DNA of 64,000 bases, taken from an uncultured Armatimonadetes bacterium (GTDB lineage: Bacteria; Armatimonadota; UBA5829; DTJY01). Below, one piece after another: positions 11,102-21,667 of the stretch (positions are counted from its first letter, which is position 1; each line of letters starts with the position of its first letter). The notes below the pieces were generated by a model. That model was given only the letters and a program-made list of their open reading frames with translations. It was not told where the DNA came from and did no database searches. The position numbers and the translations under genes are program-made. The stretch lies in contig OY970325.1 in the NCBI GenBank assembly GCA_963717145.1, positions 800,001 through 864,000 on the forward strand. The letters are read 5' to 3'.

Positions 11102-12061
11102 TTAGTCGTGGGACGACTTGCGACGCCACTTCCCGCTGTACGCGGGCTTCGGCGCGGATTTGTCCCAGGTGGTCATCACGCGGGTGACGTCGCGCCGGAC
11201 TTCGATGCCGTTCTCATAGGTGATGACCGCCCAAGTCTGACGCTTGCCGGTCTTGGCAGCCATGTGACGACCGGCGGGCGCCTCGACAGGGGTGATCTCC
11301 GTCGTGAGCGCCCTCGTAACGACCGTTACCGGCGACCTTGGACGACGTATGAGCAGCCTGTCCCCCTCGGTCAATCGGTTGACATCGACTCCCGGGTTCA
11401 GCCCCTTCAGTTCGTCGAGCGATATGCCGTACTGCGCGGTGAGGCGGACCGCCCGGTCGCCCTGCTTCAGCGTATGGTAGGTCGGTTTCTCGTGGACGCT
11501 GGCCATGAACTCGGCGGCCTTCTCGGGGTCCGCGAGGATGGCATCGACCGGGAGATAGCGCCTCTGCACGAGGACGTTTTCCTTGAAGGTCGGCTTGGTA
11601 TCGAGGTTCTTGAGCCGGCTGCTGTATCGCTGCTTCATCAGATCGAGCGCGCGGTTTGCATCGGGTTCCTTCGCCAGACCGATGGTCACGGCGTCGTCGA
11701 CCAGGATAGCGTACGCGTGTGCCTTCAGCACGAGCATCGCATCGAGCGTGGAAACCGCGTTGTCGGAGGTATCGATCTCGGCATCCTTTGTGGCCCGACG
11801 AAGTGCGACTCGTTGAGTGAATGCGGGTGATGCGACCACTTTGCCTGAGAGTTGGCGGTGCGTTACCTCGTTGAGCACGGACTTGGCATCCTGACGCGAC
11901 TCGAGCGTGACGATCGGCTTGCCATCTACGAAGACGGTGTGGGGAATGCTCACGAGGTTGTCATATGCGAGCCAGAGGCCCAAGACCGCGATGGCGCCCA
12001 GGAAAGCGCCGCGCTCCAGCCACGGCCTGCGTAACGGTCGCTGGAAATCCATTTCCGCCAT
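11102..12061 (-). CDS. Membrane-anchored LysM (and partial G5-like) domain protein
   Basis: TM segment; YHTLKQGD...YGISLDELKGLNP LysM; ITYENGIEV. Confidence 0.75.
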   Translation of the reverse strand: MAEMDFQRPLRRPWLERGAFLGAIAVLGLWLAYDNLVSIPHTVFVDGKPIVTLESRQDAKSVLNEVTHRQLSGKVVASPAFTQRVALRRATKDAEIDTSDNAVSTLDAMLVLKAHAYAILVDDAVTIGLAKEPDANRALDLMKQRYSSRLKNLDTKPTFKENVLVQRRYLPVDAILADPEKAAEFMASVHEKPTYHTLKQGDRAVRLTAQYGISLDELKGLNPGVDVNRLTEGDRLLIRRPRSPVTVVTRALTTEITPVEAPAGRHMAAKTGKRQTWAVITYENGIEVRRDVTRVMTTWDKSAPKPAYSGKWRRKSSHD

Positions 12062-12082
12062 TGGTATCCTTTGGCATAAGAC

Positions 12083-12151
12083 CGTAGGGGCGATCCTTCC
12101 ACGGTCGCCCGCATTACCTCGGACCGGGAGGCCGTTGAAGGCCTCCCCTAC
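12083..12151. repeat. GTAG-type REP doublet
   Basis: GTAGGGGCGATC...GGTCGCCC and GGGAGGCC...GGCCTCCCCTAC; includes stop codon of the deacetylase gene. Confidence 0.7.
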
Positions 12152-13047
12152 GGGGCGAGCAGTTCGCTGACCGTGACCGGCTTGTAGCCGCGCTCTTCGA
12201 GTTGAGTCAGCAGCCCATCGAGCGCGTTGGCGGTCGCCTGGCTTCCACAGTGCATGAGAACGATCGAGCCGTTCCCGACGAGCTTGAGCACCCGCTTGGT
12301 GATCTGATCGGATGTGATCCCGGCCTTGACGCTGTCCCAGCAGTCGACATGCCAGTAGATCGATCGGTAACCGAGACCGCCGACAACGTCAAGGACGTGC
12401 TTGTTCCGAGCGCCGAACGGAGGCCGGAAGAGCGGCTTCGTGCTCTTACCGGTAACACGAAGGGCAAGCTGTTCCGTCTTCTCCATCTGGTTGATTATTT
12501 CCCCATCGCTTATGGCAGTCAAACGCGGGTGGGAATAAGTATGGTTGCCTATCTCATGACCCTCGTCCACAATGCGACGGCACAGCTCAGGATATCGCTC
12601 GATCCATTTGCCTGTGAGGAAGAACGTGGAATGCAGGCTGTGTTTCGCGAGCGCCTTCAGGATCTTGTCAGTGGGCTCACCGGCGGCCCCTGCGTCGAAC
12701 GTCAATGCGATCTTCGGGCTGCTCGTACTCCCTCGAGAGACCTCGCCCTCGTGGGATGACGAGGAGGTCCGCGTGTCCGTCAGGGGATCCCTGCCGGAGC
12801 GGTCGGACTCAGCTGTCGATCGCGACGGGGAGGGATGATTCGCCGGCGGCCTGGCGCTCTCGTGCGCGGCCCCCTGCTCCTGTGCAGGAGAAGGGGCTGG
12901 GTTACTGGTCTGCGGGGCGCTCGCAGGCGGGCGGCCAATGACTCTCATGCAGCCCTGGTTCGAGGTCAGAAGAAACACCGCCCCAACCACAAGCGTGCAT
13001 GCGGCAACTAGCGAAAGACCTCTGAGTCCTCCGGCTAGAGCGCTCAC
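12148..13047 (-). CDS. Polysaccharide deacetylase (CE4/NodB)
   Basis: IALTFDAG, HEIGNHTYSH, FRPPFG, IVLMH. Confidence 0.92.
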   Translation of the reverse strand: MSALAGGLRGLSLVAACTLVVGAVFLLTSNQGCMRVIGRPPASAPQTSNPAPSPAQEQGAAHESARPPANHPSPSRSTAESDRSGRDPLTDTRTSSSSHEGEVSRGSTSSPKIALTFDAGAAGEPTDKILKALAKHSLHSTFFLTGKWIERYPELCRRIVDEGHEIGNHTYSHPRLTAISDGEIINQMEKTEQLALRVTGKSTKPLFRPPFGARNKHVLDVVGGLGYRSIYWHVDCWDSVKAGITSDQITKRVLKLVGNGSIVLMHCGSQATANALDGLLTQLEERGYKPVTVSELLAP

Positions 13048-13072
13048 TCTGCGAATCTGCGGGCAGACATTT

Positions 13073-14365
13073 CTAGCTCTTTTCGTTAGCGCCGTTCCCG
13101 GCTACGGCCGGGCTGCCGCCGAGTCGGGTCTTCAGGATATCGACAGCCTTCTTCAACTGAACATCCACGTCGTTCTTGATGTCGTCGTCGGAGGGCTCGA
13201 TTACTACGTCCGGATGGATCTTGACCTTGTCTACATCTCGCAAGCTCGGGGTGAAGTACTTTGCGGTCGTGATCACCACAGCCGAGCCGCCGGCCAGGTT
13301 CATGATCGTCTGGACCTTACCTTTGCCGAACGAATCGGTGCCGACCAGCGTCCCGGACTTGTTGTCCTGGATCGCACCGGCAATGATCTCGGATGCGCTG
13401 GCACTCGCCCCGTCGATGAGCACTGTCAGAGGAACCATGCGATGGTTCTGCTTGCCTGGTTCCACTCCGTAGCGGCTCTGCCTTCCGCCCTTATCCTGGA
13501 TGACGACTATGTCGCCACTCGGGACGAGCCGGCTGCCGATCTCGATAGCGACATCGAGCAATCCGCCCGGATTCCCGCGCAGGTCGAGCACCATCGCGCG
13601 CATGCCCTGGCTTTCCAGATCGGTCAGCGCCTTGTCGAACAGGATATCGCTTTTCTCGTTGAACTGTCTCAGCGCGATGTAGCCCACCTTGCTCGATTCA
13701 TCCTCCATCTTCGCCTCGACGACCGGGGATGTGATCATGCGGCGGGTCAGCTTGACGTCGAACGGGTCGGCCACGTCCTCACGCTTGATCGTCAAGATCA
13801 CCACGGTAGCTCGTGGTCCACGGATCGTGCGTACGACGTCCTCGAGTTCCAGCCCGTGAATCGACTTGCCGTCCACAGAGAGGATTATGTCACCCTTTCT
13901 GAGACCGGCTTCCTTGGCCGGACTCGGCTCGATCGGTCGCACGATGTAGATCTGGCCCTCTTTCCTGCCGAGTTCCGCGCCGATGCCCTCGAAGTCGCCT
14001 CGGTTATCCTCCATCATCTGTTTATTCTGCTGAGGATCGAGGAAACGGGTATATCTGTCGCCCAGAGCCCCGAGCATTCCCCGGATCGCGGCGTAACAGA
14101 GTGCATCGCCCTTCTGCTTGTTATCTCCGTAGTAATGCGAATCAAGATAGGAGAAGACATCCCAGAATGTCTCCACGGGCGGAAGGTCCGCATTGGAGTC
14201 GGCCAGTTGCGCGCCGATCGCCATATGCAGCCGTGTGGGGAGCATCTCCAAGCTGCTCATCAGATTGCTGAAGTCGCCGGTTGTCGCTACATCCTGATAC
14301 GTGAAGCCGCACACGAATGAGAATGCCAGGAGCAGTGCTATTGCCGCCAGGTGAATTCGTCTCAT
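13073..14365 (-). CDS. ctpA: S41 carboxy-terminal processing protease
   Basis: PDZ FEGIG, LDLRGNPGGLL, SASASEI, GKGKVQ. Confidence 0.9.
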   Translation of the reverse strand: MRRIHLAAIALLLAFSFVCGFTYQDVATTGDFSNLMSSLEMLPTRLHMAIGAQLADSNADLPPVETFWDVFSYLDSHYYGDNKQKGDALCYAAIRGMLGALGDRYTRFLDPQQNKQMMEDNRGDFEGIGAELGRKEGQIYIVRPIEPSPAKEAGLRKGDIILSVDGKSIHGLELEDVVRTIRGPRATVVILTIKREDVADPFDVKLTRRMITSPVVEAKMEDESSKVGYIALRQFNEKSDILFDKALTDLESQGMRAMVLDLRGNPGGLLDVAIEIGSRLVPSGDIVVIQDKGGRQSRYGVEPGKQNHRMVPLTVLIDGASASASEIIAGAIQDNKSGTLVGTDSFGKGKVQTIMNLAGGSAVVITTAKYFTPSLRDVDKVKIHPDVVIEPSDDDIKNDVDVQLKKAVDILKTRLGGSPAVAGNGANEKS

Positions 14366-14368
14366 CGG

Positions 14369-15760
14369 TTAAATCCGTCCTATCTTTGCCTGGAGCAGTT
14401 TCTGCGCCTCGGCAAGCTGCACATCGGTACCGCCCTCACCACCGGCGACTTCCTTGTCGGGCTTCAAGCCCGTTCCGGTGAAGTCGAATCCCTTCGGGGT
14501 CAGCATCTTCCCCGTCGTGATGAGCGCTGCGGATCTGTCCTTCAGAACCAACGGAGTCTGAACGAACCCGTCGCCAAACGTTGTGACACCGACCAGCGTC
14601 CCGATCCCGGACTCGCGGAGTGTCGCGGCGACCAACTCGGCCACGCTCGCCGTGCCGTGGTTCACGAGGATGGCAACCGGTAGAGAAAGCGCCCTGGTCT
14701 TCGGCACTCGAATCGTGGTGCGGCCACTGTGCTCTCGAACGATCGCGAGAGTGCCGCCGCCTGTAAACTGAGCCGTCACGTCCGTAGCAGCATTGAGCAA
14801 TCCGCCCGGGCTGTTCCGCAGGTCGAGTATTATCGCCTTTGCGCCCGCATTGCGGACCTTGCCCAGTTCACTCTTGAACTCCTTCGACGCCTGCTGGCTG
14901 AACTGCGCGACTCTGATGTAGCCGATCTTCTTGTCGAGCATCCGCGATGTCACCGGGTCGACGATCGTATCGTGATACTGAATCTTTACATCGAATGGAT
15001 CCTTGCGTCCGGCCCGCTCGACCTTCAGCGTGGTATCTCCGGAAGTCTTGGTTGTAAGCTCCTCGAGCGCATCCGATATGGACAATCCGTTCTTGAGCTT
15101 ATCTTCTGCGGCTTGCCAACCTTTCTTGTAGGCAAGCCTGTCTATGTTCTGGTTCTGCATCGCCTTGTTCAGCTTGCTGAACCCGGGGTCCTGCGCAATG
15201 ACCCACTTGCCGCCGACATCGCTGATGATATCACCGGACATCAGGCCGGCCTTTTCCGCGGGGCTTCCCGGCATCGGAGCGACCACCACGATCTTGTGGA
15301 CGTTCTCGTTTTCGATCTTTTCGCTCTTCATGGCGAGGATTGCACCCAGGCCGTGGAAACGACCGGATGCGGCGTCGTCGAGCAGTTGCGTCTCCTTGGG
15401 ATCCACGAAGCGCGTGTCGGGATCGCCGATGACCTCGAGCATTCCCTGGACTGCTCCACGGGCCATCTTGGTTTCCTGCTCGGCCGTGATCTTCTCCACG
15501 AAGTTGGCCTGGACGAGCTTCAGCACGTTGTTGAGGAGATCGCGGTACTGGGCATCGCCCTTCGCCTCCCCCATGGACTCGATGTTGATTGCTGGCCGCT
15601 CAGGAGTGAGCTTGAGCAGCGCGCTTGCCTGAACCTCGGAGCCGCCAGGCAATGCGAAGACGTCCTGCCTCGCGCGCAGGCGCGCTCCCGCCAGAAATGT
15701 GCCGCCAACGAGTATGCCGACCACGACCCACGTGGCATAGATGCGATAACCTTTTCTCAA
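14369..15760 (-). CDS. S41 carboxy-terminal processing protease paralog
   Basis: LDLRNSPGGLL, TASVAEL; FGDGFVQ in place of the usual FGKG. Confidence 0.85.
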   Translation of the reverse strand: MRKGYRIYATWVVVGILVGGTFLAGARLRARQDVFALPGGSEVQASALLKLTPERPAINIESMGEAKGDAQYRDLLNNVLKLVQANFVEKITAEQETKMARGAVQGMLEVIGDPDTRFVDPKETQLLDDAASGRFHGLGAILAMKSEKIENENVHKIVVVAPMPGSPAEKAGLMSGDIISDVGGKWVIAQDPGFSKLNKAMQNQNIDRLAYKKGWQAAEDKLKNGLSISDALEELTTKTSGDTTLKVERAGRKDPFDVKIQYHDTIVDPVTSRMLDKKIGYIRVAQFSQQASKEFKSELGKVRNAGAKAIILDLRNSPGGLLNAATDVTAQFTGGGTLAIVREHSGRTTIRVPKTRALSLPVAILVNHGTASVAELVAATLRESGIGTLVGVTTFGDGFVQTPLVLKDRSAALITTGKMLTPKGFDFTGTGLKPDKEVAGGEGGTDVQLAEAQKLLQAKIGRI

Positions 15761-15829
15761 CCTGTATTATTCCTATTCATCAGGCCTGCGCCTGGACGTT
15801 ATTCCGTGTACATCAGCCGGTATTAACAA

Positions 15830-16975
15830 CTACATCGGGCTGACCGACGAGCCGTTCTTCTTCTTCTCGAAGTGCAGGTGCGGGCCCGTGCTCCATCCCG
15901 TGCTGCCTACGTATCCTATAGTGTGGCCCTGCTTGACAGTCGCGCCTGCAGACACGCTCAAGCGCGAGCAGTGCCCGTACAGGGTAGATATCTGGCCACC
16001 ATGGTCGATCACCACATAGCGACCGTATACCTTGCCGGATCCGGCAAAGATGACGACACCTCCGGCCGCCGCTCTGATCGGAGTTCCCTCCGGGCACGCC
16101 ATGTCCACTCCTGTGTGGAAGCTGCGGACGTGGTTGATCGGGTGTATCCGCCATCCATATCGCGATGTAATCCTGTAGTTCGCCGTCAGCGGGCAGATAA
16201 AGGAGCCTTTCCAGGGATTCGCGGCTCTCTTCTGGCCGGCCGGAGTACTCTGCATCCGCCGGATCATCGCCCCGATGCTGTTCGATTCGCGCAGTTCCTC
16301 CGCCACCGCCTGCTCGTACGCAGCGCGGTCTTTCTCGATCTGCTGGAGCAGGTACTGCTTCTGCTTCGTATCATGGAGCGTAGCCTGCGTGACCGCCAAC
16401 TGCTGGCGCTCTAGATCGGCACGCTCGCGTTCCTTCTGCTCGAGCGTTGCCTTGTACCGTTCGACGGCCCGCTTATCCTGCTTGATGGAGTCGACGAGGT
16501 CGACGTCGCTGTCAAGTACCTTTCTTATGACGTAACCGCGGCTGAGTAGTTCCCACAAATCGTCAGAGCCGAGCAGCGCGCTCACGTAGCTCACGCTCCC
16601 GTGCTTGTAAGTATCGACCAACCGCGCCGAAAGCAGTTGGTTCCGCTTCTTCAACCTGGCCTGGACCACCCGCAGGTTGTCTCTGGCCTGGTCGAGCGCG
16701 CTCCGGGTCAGCGCGAGTTGGCCTCGGATGTCCGAGAGCCTCGCTCTGTGGACTCCGAGCCGCCGCTGGGCCGCGTACACCTGGACGGTGGCCGCCCGTT
16801 GGCGTTTCTTGGTTGTCCTGAGCTTCGTCTGGTAGCTCTTGATGCTCTGGTTACTCGCCTGCAGCTTGTTCCGCAACTGGCTCAGGGACATCGCATCGGC
16901 TGACCGCTCTGCGATCGACGCTGCGAGGCCGAACAACACGATTCCGGCGATGACCAGTCTGATGTATCGGTGCAA
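15830..16975 (-). CDS. Coiled-coil M23 peptidase (EnvC-like murein hydrolase/activator)
   Basis: Signal peptide, long coiled coil, HTGVD, YGHCS, STGPHLHFE. Confidence 0.9.
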   Translation of the reverse strand: MHRYIRLVIAGIVLFGLAASIAERSADAMSLSQLRNKLQASNQSIKSYQTKLRTTKKRQRAATVQVYAAQRRLGVHRARLSDIRGQLALTRSALDQARDNLRVVQARLKKRNQLLSARLVDTYKHGSVSYVSALLGSDDLWELLSRGYVIRKVLDSDVDLVDSIKQDKRAVERYKATLEQKERERADLERQQLAVTQATLHDTKQKQYLLQQIEKDRAAYEQAVAEELRESNSIGAMIRRMQSTPAGQKRAANPWKGSFICPLTANYRITSRYGWRIHPINHVRSFHTGVDMACPEGTPIRAAAGGVVIFAGSGKVYGRYVVIDHGGQISTLYGHCSRLSVSAGATVKQGHTIGYVGSTGWSTGPHLHFEKKKNGSSVSPM

Positions 16976-16991
16976 TCGAATCCCTCCCTTG

Positions 16992-17873
16992 TCAGACCTT
17001 CAAGAACCGCCGTATCGAGATCATGCTTCCGACTGCTCCGACCAGGCATCCCACTACTGTTAGACCGCCAACGAACTGCGTGGGTTCCACACTGATCGAG
17101 AACTGTGCGAGCAGGGGCATGACCCTCGTCACGACCTTGACAATGTAACTCGCGGCCGTATATATCAGTCCGCATGCAAGCGCGCCGCCGACCGCGCCGA
17201 GGACCATCCCCTCGAACATCAACGGCAGCCTGATGAACCAGTTGGTCGCTCCGACCATCTGCATGATCTTTATCTCACGCCTTCGGGCAAACACCGTCAG
17301 GCGTATCGTATTGCTTATGATGAAAGTCGTCACCAGGAAAAGCACTATCCCGGCCGCTGCACCGAGGAGCTTGACCAGATCCGCGAACCGCACGAGTTGG
17401 TTCACCAGGTCCCGGCCTTCATTGACCTCGTCTATCAGGGGTATCGCGCGAATCTTGTTCGCGATCCCCACGATGAACCTCGGGTCGTCGACCCTGACGC
17501 GGATCATGTCCGGCAGCGGATTCCCCTCGACGCCGCTGAGTTCGAGTTGGCCGCCCATGTTCTTCTTGAATTCCTCCCAGCCGATCTCCGCCGGGATGAT
17601 CGTCGCGGACTTCACGTGCTCAATCGCGCCGATGTCCGAACGAATCTCGAGGACCTGCTGCTTCGAGGCGTTCTTCTCGAGGAACACCGCGACCTCCAGC
17701 TTGTCCGGGAGGGTCGATGCGACGCCGTGCAGCCACAGGATGAGGAGGATGAACGCCCCGAGCACTCCGAGCGTCAGGGCGAGGGTCGAAATGGACACGA
17801 GAGACATCAGCCCATTGCGCTTGATGCTGACGAATGATTCGATTATCGCATGCTCAAGTCCGCGTAAGCTCAT
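16992..17873 (-). CDS. ftsX: Cell division permease FtsX
   Basis: [32 protein letters not shown]. Confidence 0.95.
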   Translation of the reverse strand: MSLRGLEHAIIESFVSIKRNGLMSLVSISTLALTLGVLGAFILLILWLHGVASTLPDKLEVAVFLEKNASKQQVLEIRSDIGAIEHVKSATIIPAEIGWEEFKKNMGGQLELSGVEGNPLPDMIRVRVDDPRFIVGIANKIRAIPLIDEVNEGRDLVNQLVRFADLVKLLGAAAGIVLFLVTTFIISNTIRLTVFARRREIKIMQMVGATNWFIRLPLMFEGMVLGAVGGALACGLIYTAASYIVKVVTRVMPLLAQFSISVEPTQFVGGLTVVGCLVGAVGSMISIRRFLKV

Positions 17874-18545
17874 GATACGTGCCTCTCGCTTCGTCGCTGA
17901 CTACCATGCCGTCGTCCAGCCGCACGACGCGCTTCCTGAGTTTGTCCACGATGTGCTGGTCGTGGCTTGCGACAATCACAGTTGTCCCCCTGCTGTTCAC
18001 CTGATCGAGCAGTTGGATGATATCCCATGAGGTGTCGGGATCGAGGTTACCCGTGGGCTCGTCGGCCAGGATCACCTGCGGCTTGTTGACGAGCGCGCGG
18101 GCGATTGCGATCCTCTGCTGTTCGCCACCGGAAAGCTGATGGGGATATGCGTCCGATCGACCAACGAGGCCTACCAGATCGAGGACTTCGGCGACTCGAG
18201 GGCGCATCTCCTTGCGGGGGGCGCCGATCACATACATGGCGAACGCAACGTTCTCCCAAGCGGTCTTTTCGGGCAGGAGGCGGAAGTCCTGGAAGACGAC
18301 GCCGATGCTTCGGCGGAGCTTCGGAATCTTCCGCCTCGAAGTCTTGCTACGTTCTGGCCTGCGACGACGACCGTGCCCTCAGTCGGCACTTCCTCGCGGT
18401 AAATGAGTTTGAGCAGCGTAGACTTCCCTGTTCCCGTATTCCCGACCATGAACAGGAAGTCGCCCTGCTCCACCCGGAGGTCGATATGGCGCAGTGCCCT
18501 CACGCCGTTCGGATATGTGACCGATACATTACAGAAGTCAATCAT
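17854..18545 (-). CDS. ftsE: Cell division ATP-binding protein FtsE, frameshift near 18332
   Basis: Walker A GNTGTGKS in 18228-18545; LSGGEQQR and [11 protein letters not shown] in 17854-18237. Confidence 0.9.
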
Positions 18546-18575
18546 AGGTGTACGTGCCCCACTCAGACCGCCATA

Positions 18576-18604
18576 AGTATATCAGATGACCTCACGTATT
18601 GCAA
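18576..18604 (-). promoter_or_regulatory. Sigma70-type promoter of ftsEX operon
   Basis: TTGCAA-17bp-TATACT with upstream TG on minus strand. Confidence 0.65.
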
Positions 18605-18632
18605 GAAATCCCCGTTCCGTATTCAGTCGCGG

Positions 18633-18707
18633 GAGGTCTGTAGGGGCGTGCCTTGTGCCGCCCGACCCGACATTCCGGGCGGCACAAGGCACGCCCCTAC
18701 AGACCTC
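18633..18707. repeat. GTAG REP doublet (REPIN-like), RAYT-flanking family
   Basis: Perfect 32-bp arms containing GTAGGGGCGTGCCTTGTGCCGCCC. Confidence 0.9.
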
Positions 18708-18793
18708 TGCCATTCCGCCTTTCCCAAGTGCTCTTCCCAAGGCCGACGGAAAGCGCTACAATATGGGCAGCAGATTAACCGAGGGTATCAGAC

Positions 18794-20392
18794 ATGCTTG
18801 ACTTGCTTATCAGACACGGGATTGTGATCGATGGAACGGGGAAGCCGGGAGTTGCCGCTGACGTCGGCATCAGGGACGGACGGATAGTCGCTCTCGGGAA
18901 GATTGACGAGCCTGCCACGAGGGTGCTCGATGCCGATGGATGCGTGGTGTCGCCGGGGTTCATCGACATACACTCCCACACCGATAAGTTGGTCCTGGCC
19001 AATCCCAGATGCGAGAGCAAGTCCACGCAGGGCGTCACGCTCGAGGTCAGCGGCAACTGCGGAGACTCGTCCGCGCCGAGAGGTGGCAAGCAGCCCCATA
19101 CGGACGGCTCGTCGTGGCTCAAGGACTGCGGCATAAGCGCGACTTGGGGCACGATGCGGGAGTACCTGGACGTGATCGCCTCGAATCCGATGGCCGTCAA
19201 CTTCGCCACCCTGGTCGGTCATGGCACGGTCCGCGAGGTCGCGGTCGGATACGATGACAGGCCGCCGACGGACGAGGAACTCGACGAGATGCGCCGGCTC
19301 GTGGCGGAGGCGATGGAGGCGGGCGCATTCGGCGTGTCGAGCGGATTGATCTATCCGCCCGGATGCTTTGGGACGACGGAGGAGGTCATCGAGCTGTGCA
19401 AGGTCGCTGCTCGGTATGGCGGGATCTATGCGACTCACATGCGGAATGAGGCGGAGGGAGTCGTGGAGGCGGTCGAGGAAGCGCTCAGGATAGGGTGTGA
19501 ATCGGGCACCGGGGTGCAGATATCCCATCACAAGGCATGCGGCGTCAAGAACTGGGGTCTCGTCAAGAAATCGCTCGCCGTTATCGACGCCGCCCGCGCC
19601 CGGGGAACCGATGTCTTCGCCGATCAGTATCCTTACTTGGCGACATCGACCGGACTGGGGATCATGATCCCGAAGTGGGCGCACGATGGAGGCACGAAGG
19701 CTCTCATCGCCAGACTCACCGATCCCACCGAGCGCGCGAGAATCCGCGAGGCCGTATTGAGCGACATGGAGAACGGATACCTGGCCTCTTCAGGCGGGTG
19801 GGATACGGTCGTCCTCAGTTCGCTCAAGACTGAGAAGAACAAGTATTGCGAGGGGCTGAGCATCACCACGATCGCGCGGCAGTTGAAGAAGGATCCGGTC
19901 GATACAGCACTGGACCTGCTTCTCCAGGAGGGTGGAAGCATCGGGATGATGCACTTTGTCATCGGCGAGGACGACGTGAGGACGGTGATGCAGCATCCGG
20001 CGGTTCTGATCGGGTCCGATGCCACCGCGCGGACGTTCGAGGGTCCGCTCACTCGTGGAAAGCCGCATCCGAGGGCATACGGTACATTCGCTCGCGTGCT
20101 CGGGAAGTATACCCGCGACGAGAAAGTCCTGACGCTCGAACAGGCCGTCGCCAAGATGACCGGAATGCCCGCCGCGCGTCTGGGTCTGAGGGATCGGGGA
20201 GTAGTCGCTCTCGATAATCGGGCCGACCTGACCATATTCGATCCGGACTCGATCGAGGATGCGGCGACCTTCGAGGAGCCGATCCAGGCCGCCAGGGGAA
20301 TTCGATACGTGATCGTCAACGGCGAGACGATTCTGGAGGATGGGGCATTCACCGGAGCACTACCAGGCAAAGTGCTCCGCCACGGAGGCTAG
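18794..20392 (+). CDS. N-acyl-D-amino-acid deacylase (D-aminoacylase)
   Basis: PGFIDIHSH, GNCG, HMRNE, SHHK, PHPRAYGTFARVLG. Confidence 0.93.
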   Translation: MLDLLIRHGIVIDGTGKPGVAADVGIRDGRIVALGKIDEPATRVLDADGCVVSPGFIDIHSHTDKLVLANPRCESKSTQGVTLEVSGNCGDSSAPRGGKQPHTDGSSWLKDCGISATWGTMREYLDVIASNPMAVNFATLVGHGTVREVAVGYDDRPPTDEELDEMRRLVAEAMEAGAFGVSSGLIYPPGCFGTTEEVIELCKVAARYGGIYATHMRNEAEGVVEAVEEALRIGCESGTGVQISHHKACGVKNWGLVKKSLAVIDAARARGTDVFADQYPYLATSTGLGIMIPKWAHDGGTKALIARLTDPTERARIREAVLSDMENGYLASSGGWDTVVLSSLKTEKNKYCEGLSITTIARQLKKDPVDTALDLLLQEGGSIGMMHFVIGEDDVRTVMQHPAVLIGSDATARTFEGPLTRGKPHPRAYGTFARVLGKYTRDEKVLTLEQAVAKMTGMPAARLGLRDRGVVALDNRADLTIFDPDSIEDAATFEEPIQAARGIRYVIVNGETILEDGAFTGALPGKVLRHGG

Positions 20393-20395
20393 CAA

Positions 20396-21496
20396 ATGAA
20401 CAAGAGAATCTTCGTGTTTCTCGCGGCGATCGCCGTGCTCGGGCTGGCGGGGCTGTATGCTCTGCAGCGTGGGCAGTCTCTATTCATCGGACGTCCGGCG
20501 ACCGAGCGGATAGTCTACGTGTCCACTCGTGACGGACAGACGGATATCTGGACGATGAATACCGACGGGACCGACAAGTCCCGCGTCACCAATGACGCGG
20601 CCGACGACGCCGCTCCCGTCTGGTCGCCCGAAGGGACGGAGATCTTGTCGGCCTCCAACCGCGAGGATGACCGATATGAGATATACGTGGCCGCCTGGAA
20701 TGGCAAGTACGTCGATCGCCTGACGAAAAGCGTGGGCACCAAGGATCTCCCAGGCTGGAGTCCCGATGGGAAGGAGATCGTCTTCCTGTCCAGTGGCACG
20801 GTGCACATCCGGCCACGGTTCGACGGTGAAGACGCGCAGGTCATACCGACCGTGGTGCAGGGGGCGACTCAGTTTCCCCGGCCATACGTGAGCGCGAAAT
20901 GGTCTCCGAGCCGGAGGTCGCTCGCAGTCATCGAGGATAGCGACGAGGGCCAGAACGCGACTGTTCGCGAGGACTTCGACAGCGCTGATCGCAAGCCGAT
21001 CCCTCTTGTCGTCGCCGAGAGTGTCGATACCGCCTGGTCGAGGGAGGGCTACAAGATCGCCGCTGCCTTCGTTGGTCGGAAAGAAGATGATGGCAGGCGG
21101 ACCAGCGGGATCATGGCCGCTGATCCGGGGAGCATGAAAGGCGGGGACGTTCTCATCATGGCCGAGGATGCCGGACCCGGGAGCCCGGCATGGTCACCGG
21201 ATGGAAAGCTGATCGCCTTCGAGTTGTGGGAGGTGCGGAACAGCATTCGCGACAAATGCGTCGGCCTCTACATAGTCGGTACAGAAGATGGGAAGCCGAG
21301 ATTGCTCGTCAAGGGTGCGGCTATGGATCCGACTTGGTCGCCCGATGGGAAGCATCTTGCATACACATTGGCTCGTGAGGATGGCAAGCGCGACATCTGG
21401 CGTATCGGCGTCGACGGCAAGGGCGCGGTCAATCTCACCAACGGCGAGGGCGATAACCGCCAACCGGAATGGTCTCCTCTATCGAAGAAGCGCTGA
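20396..21496 (+). CDS. TolB-like PD40 beta-propeller protein
   Basis: Signal anchor; repeated PxWSPDGK. Confidence 0.85.
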   Translation: MNKRIFVFLAAIAVLGLAGLYALQRGQSLFIGRPATERIVYVSTRDGQTDIWTMNTDGTDKSRVTNDAADDAAPVWSPEGTEILSASNREDDRYEIYVAAWNGKYVDRLTKSVGTKDLPGWSPDGKEIVFLSSGTVHIRPRFDGEDAQVIPTVVQGATQFPRPYVSAKWSPSRRSLAVIEDSDEGQNATVREDFDSADRKPIPLVVAESVDTAWSREGYKIAAAFVGRKEDDGRRTSGIMAADPGSMKGGDVLIMAEDAGPGSPAWSPDGKLIAFELWEVRNSIRDKCVGLYIVGTEDGKPRLLVKGAAMDPTWSPDGKHLAYTLAREDGKRDIWRIGVDGKGAVNLTNGEGDNRQPEWSPLSKKR

Positions 21497-21511
21497 AAAG
21501 GCGAAGGCGTT

Positions 21512-21643
21512 GGTGCGGATTTGCAATCCAGCACCCGAGGGCAAACCGGCATCTGTGATGCCATCAGGTGCGGGATCACAGATCCCCAGATTGCAAATGC
21601 GGGCTGGATTACAAATCCGCCCGAACACGAGAATCCCTCCTAC
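21512..21643. repeat. Composite REP-like palindromes (GATTxxAATC core; GTTC/GTAG ends)
   Basis: GGTGCGGATTTGCAATCCAGCACC and CGGGCTGGATTACAAATCCGCCCGAAC, ending AATCCCTCCTAC as at 35496-35507. Confidence 0.6.
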
Positions 21644-21667
21644 ATGAAGAACAAGACTGGACTGCCC

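Noticed and set aside
12938-14320. Long antisense ORFs (also 61540-63267, 57123-58550, 53923-55038, 8923-10020)
   Set aside because: Shadows of well-supported genes on the opposite strand in GC-rich DNA
18228-18545. Programmed frameshift in ftsE
   Set aside because: No slippery site; similar indels occur throughout the window
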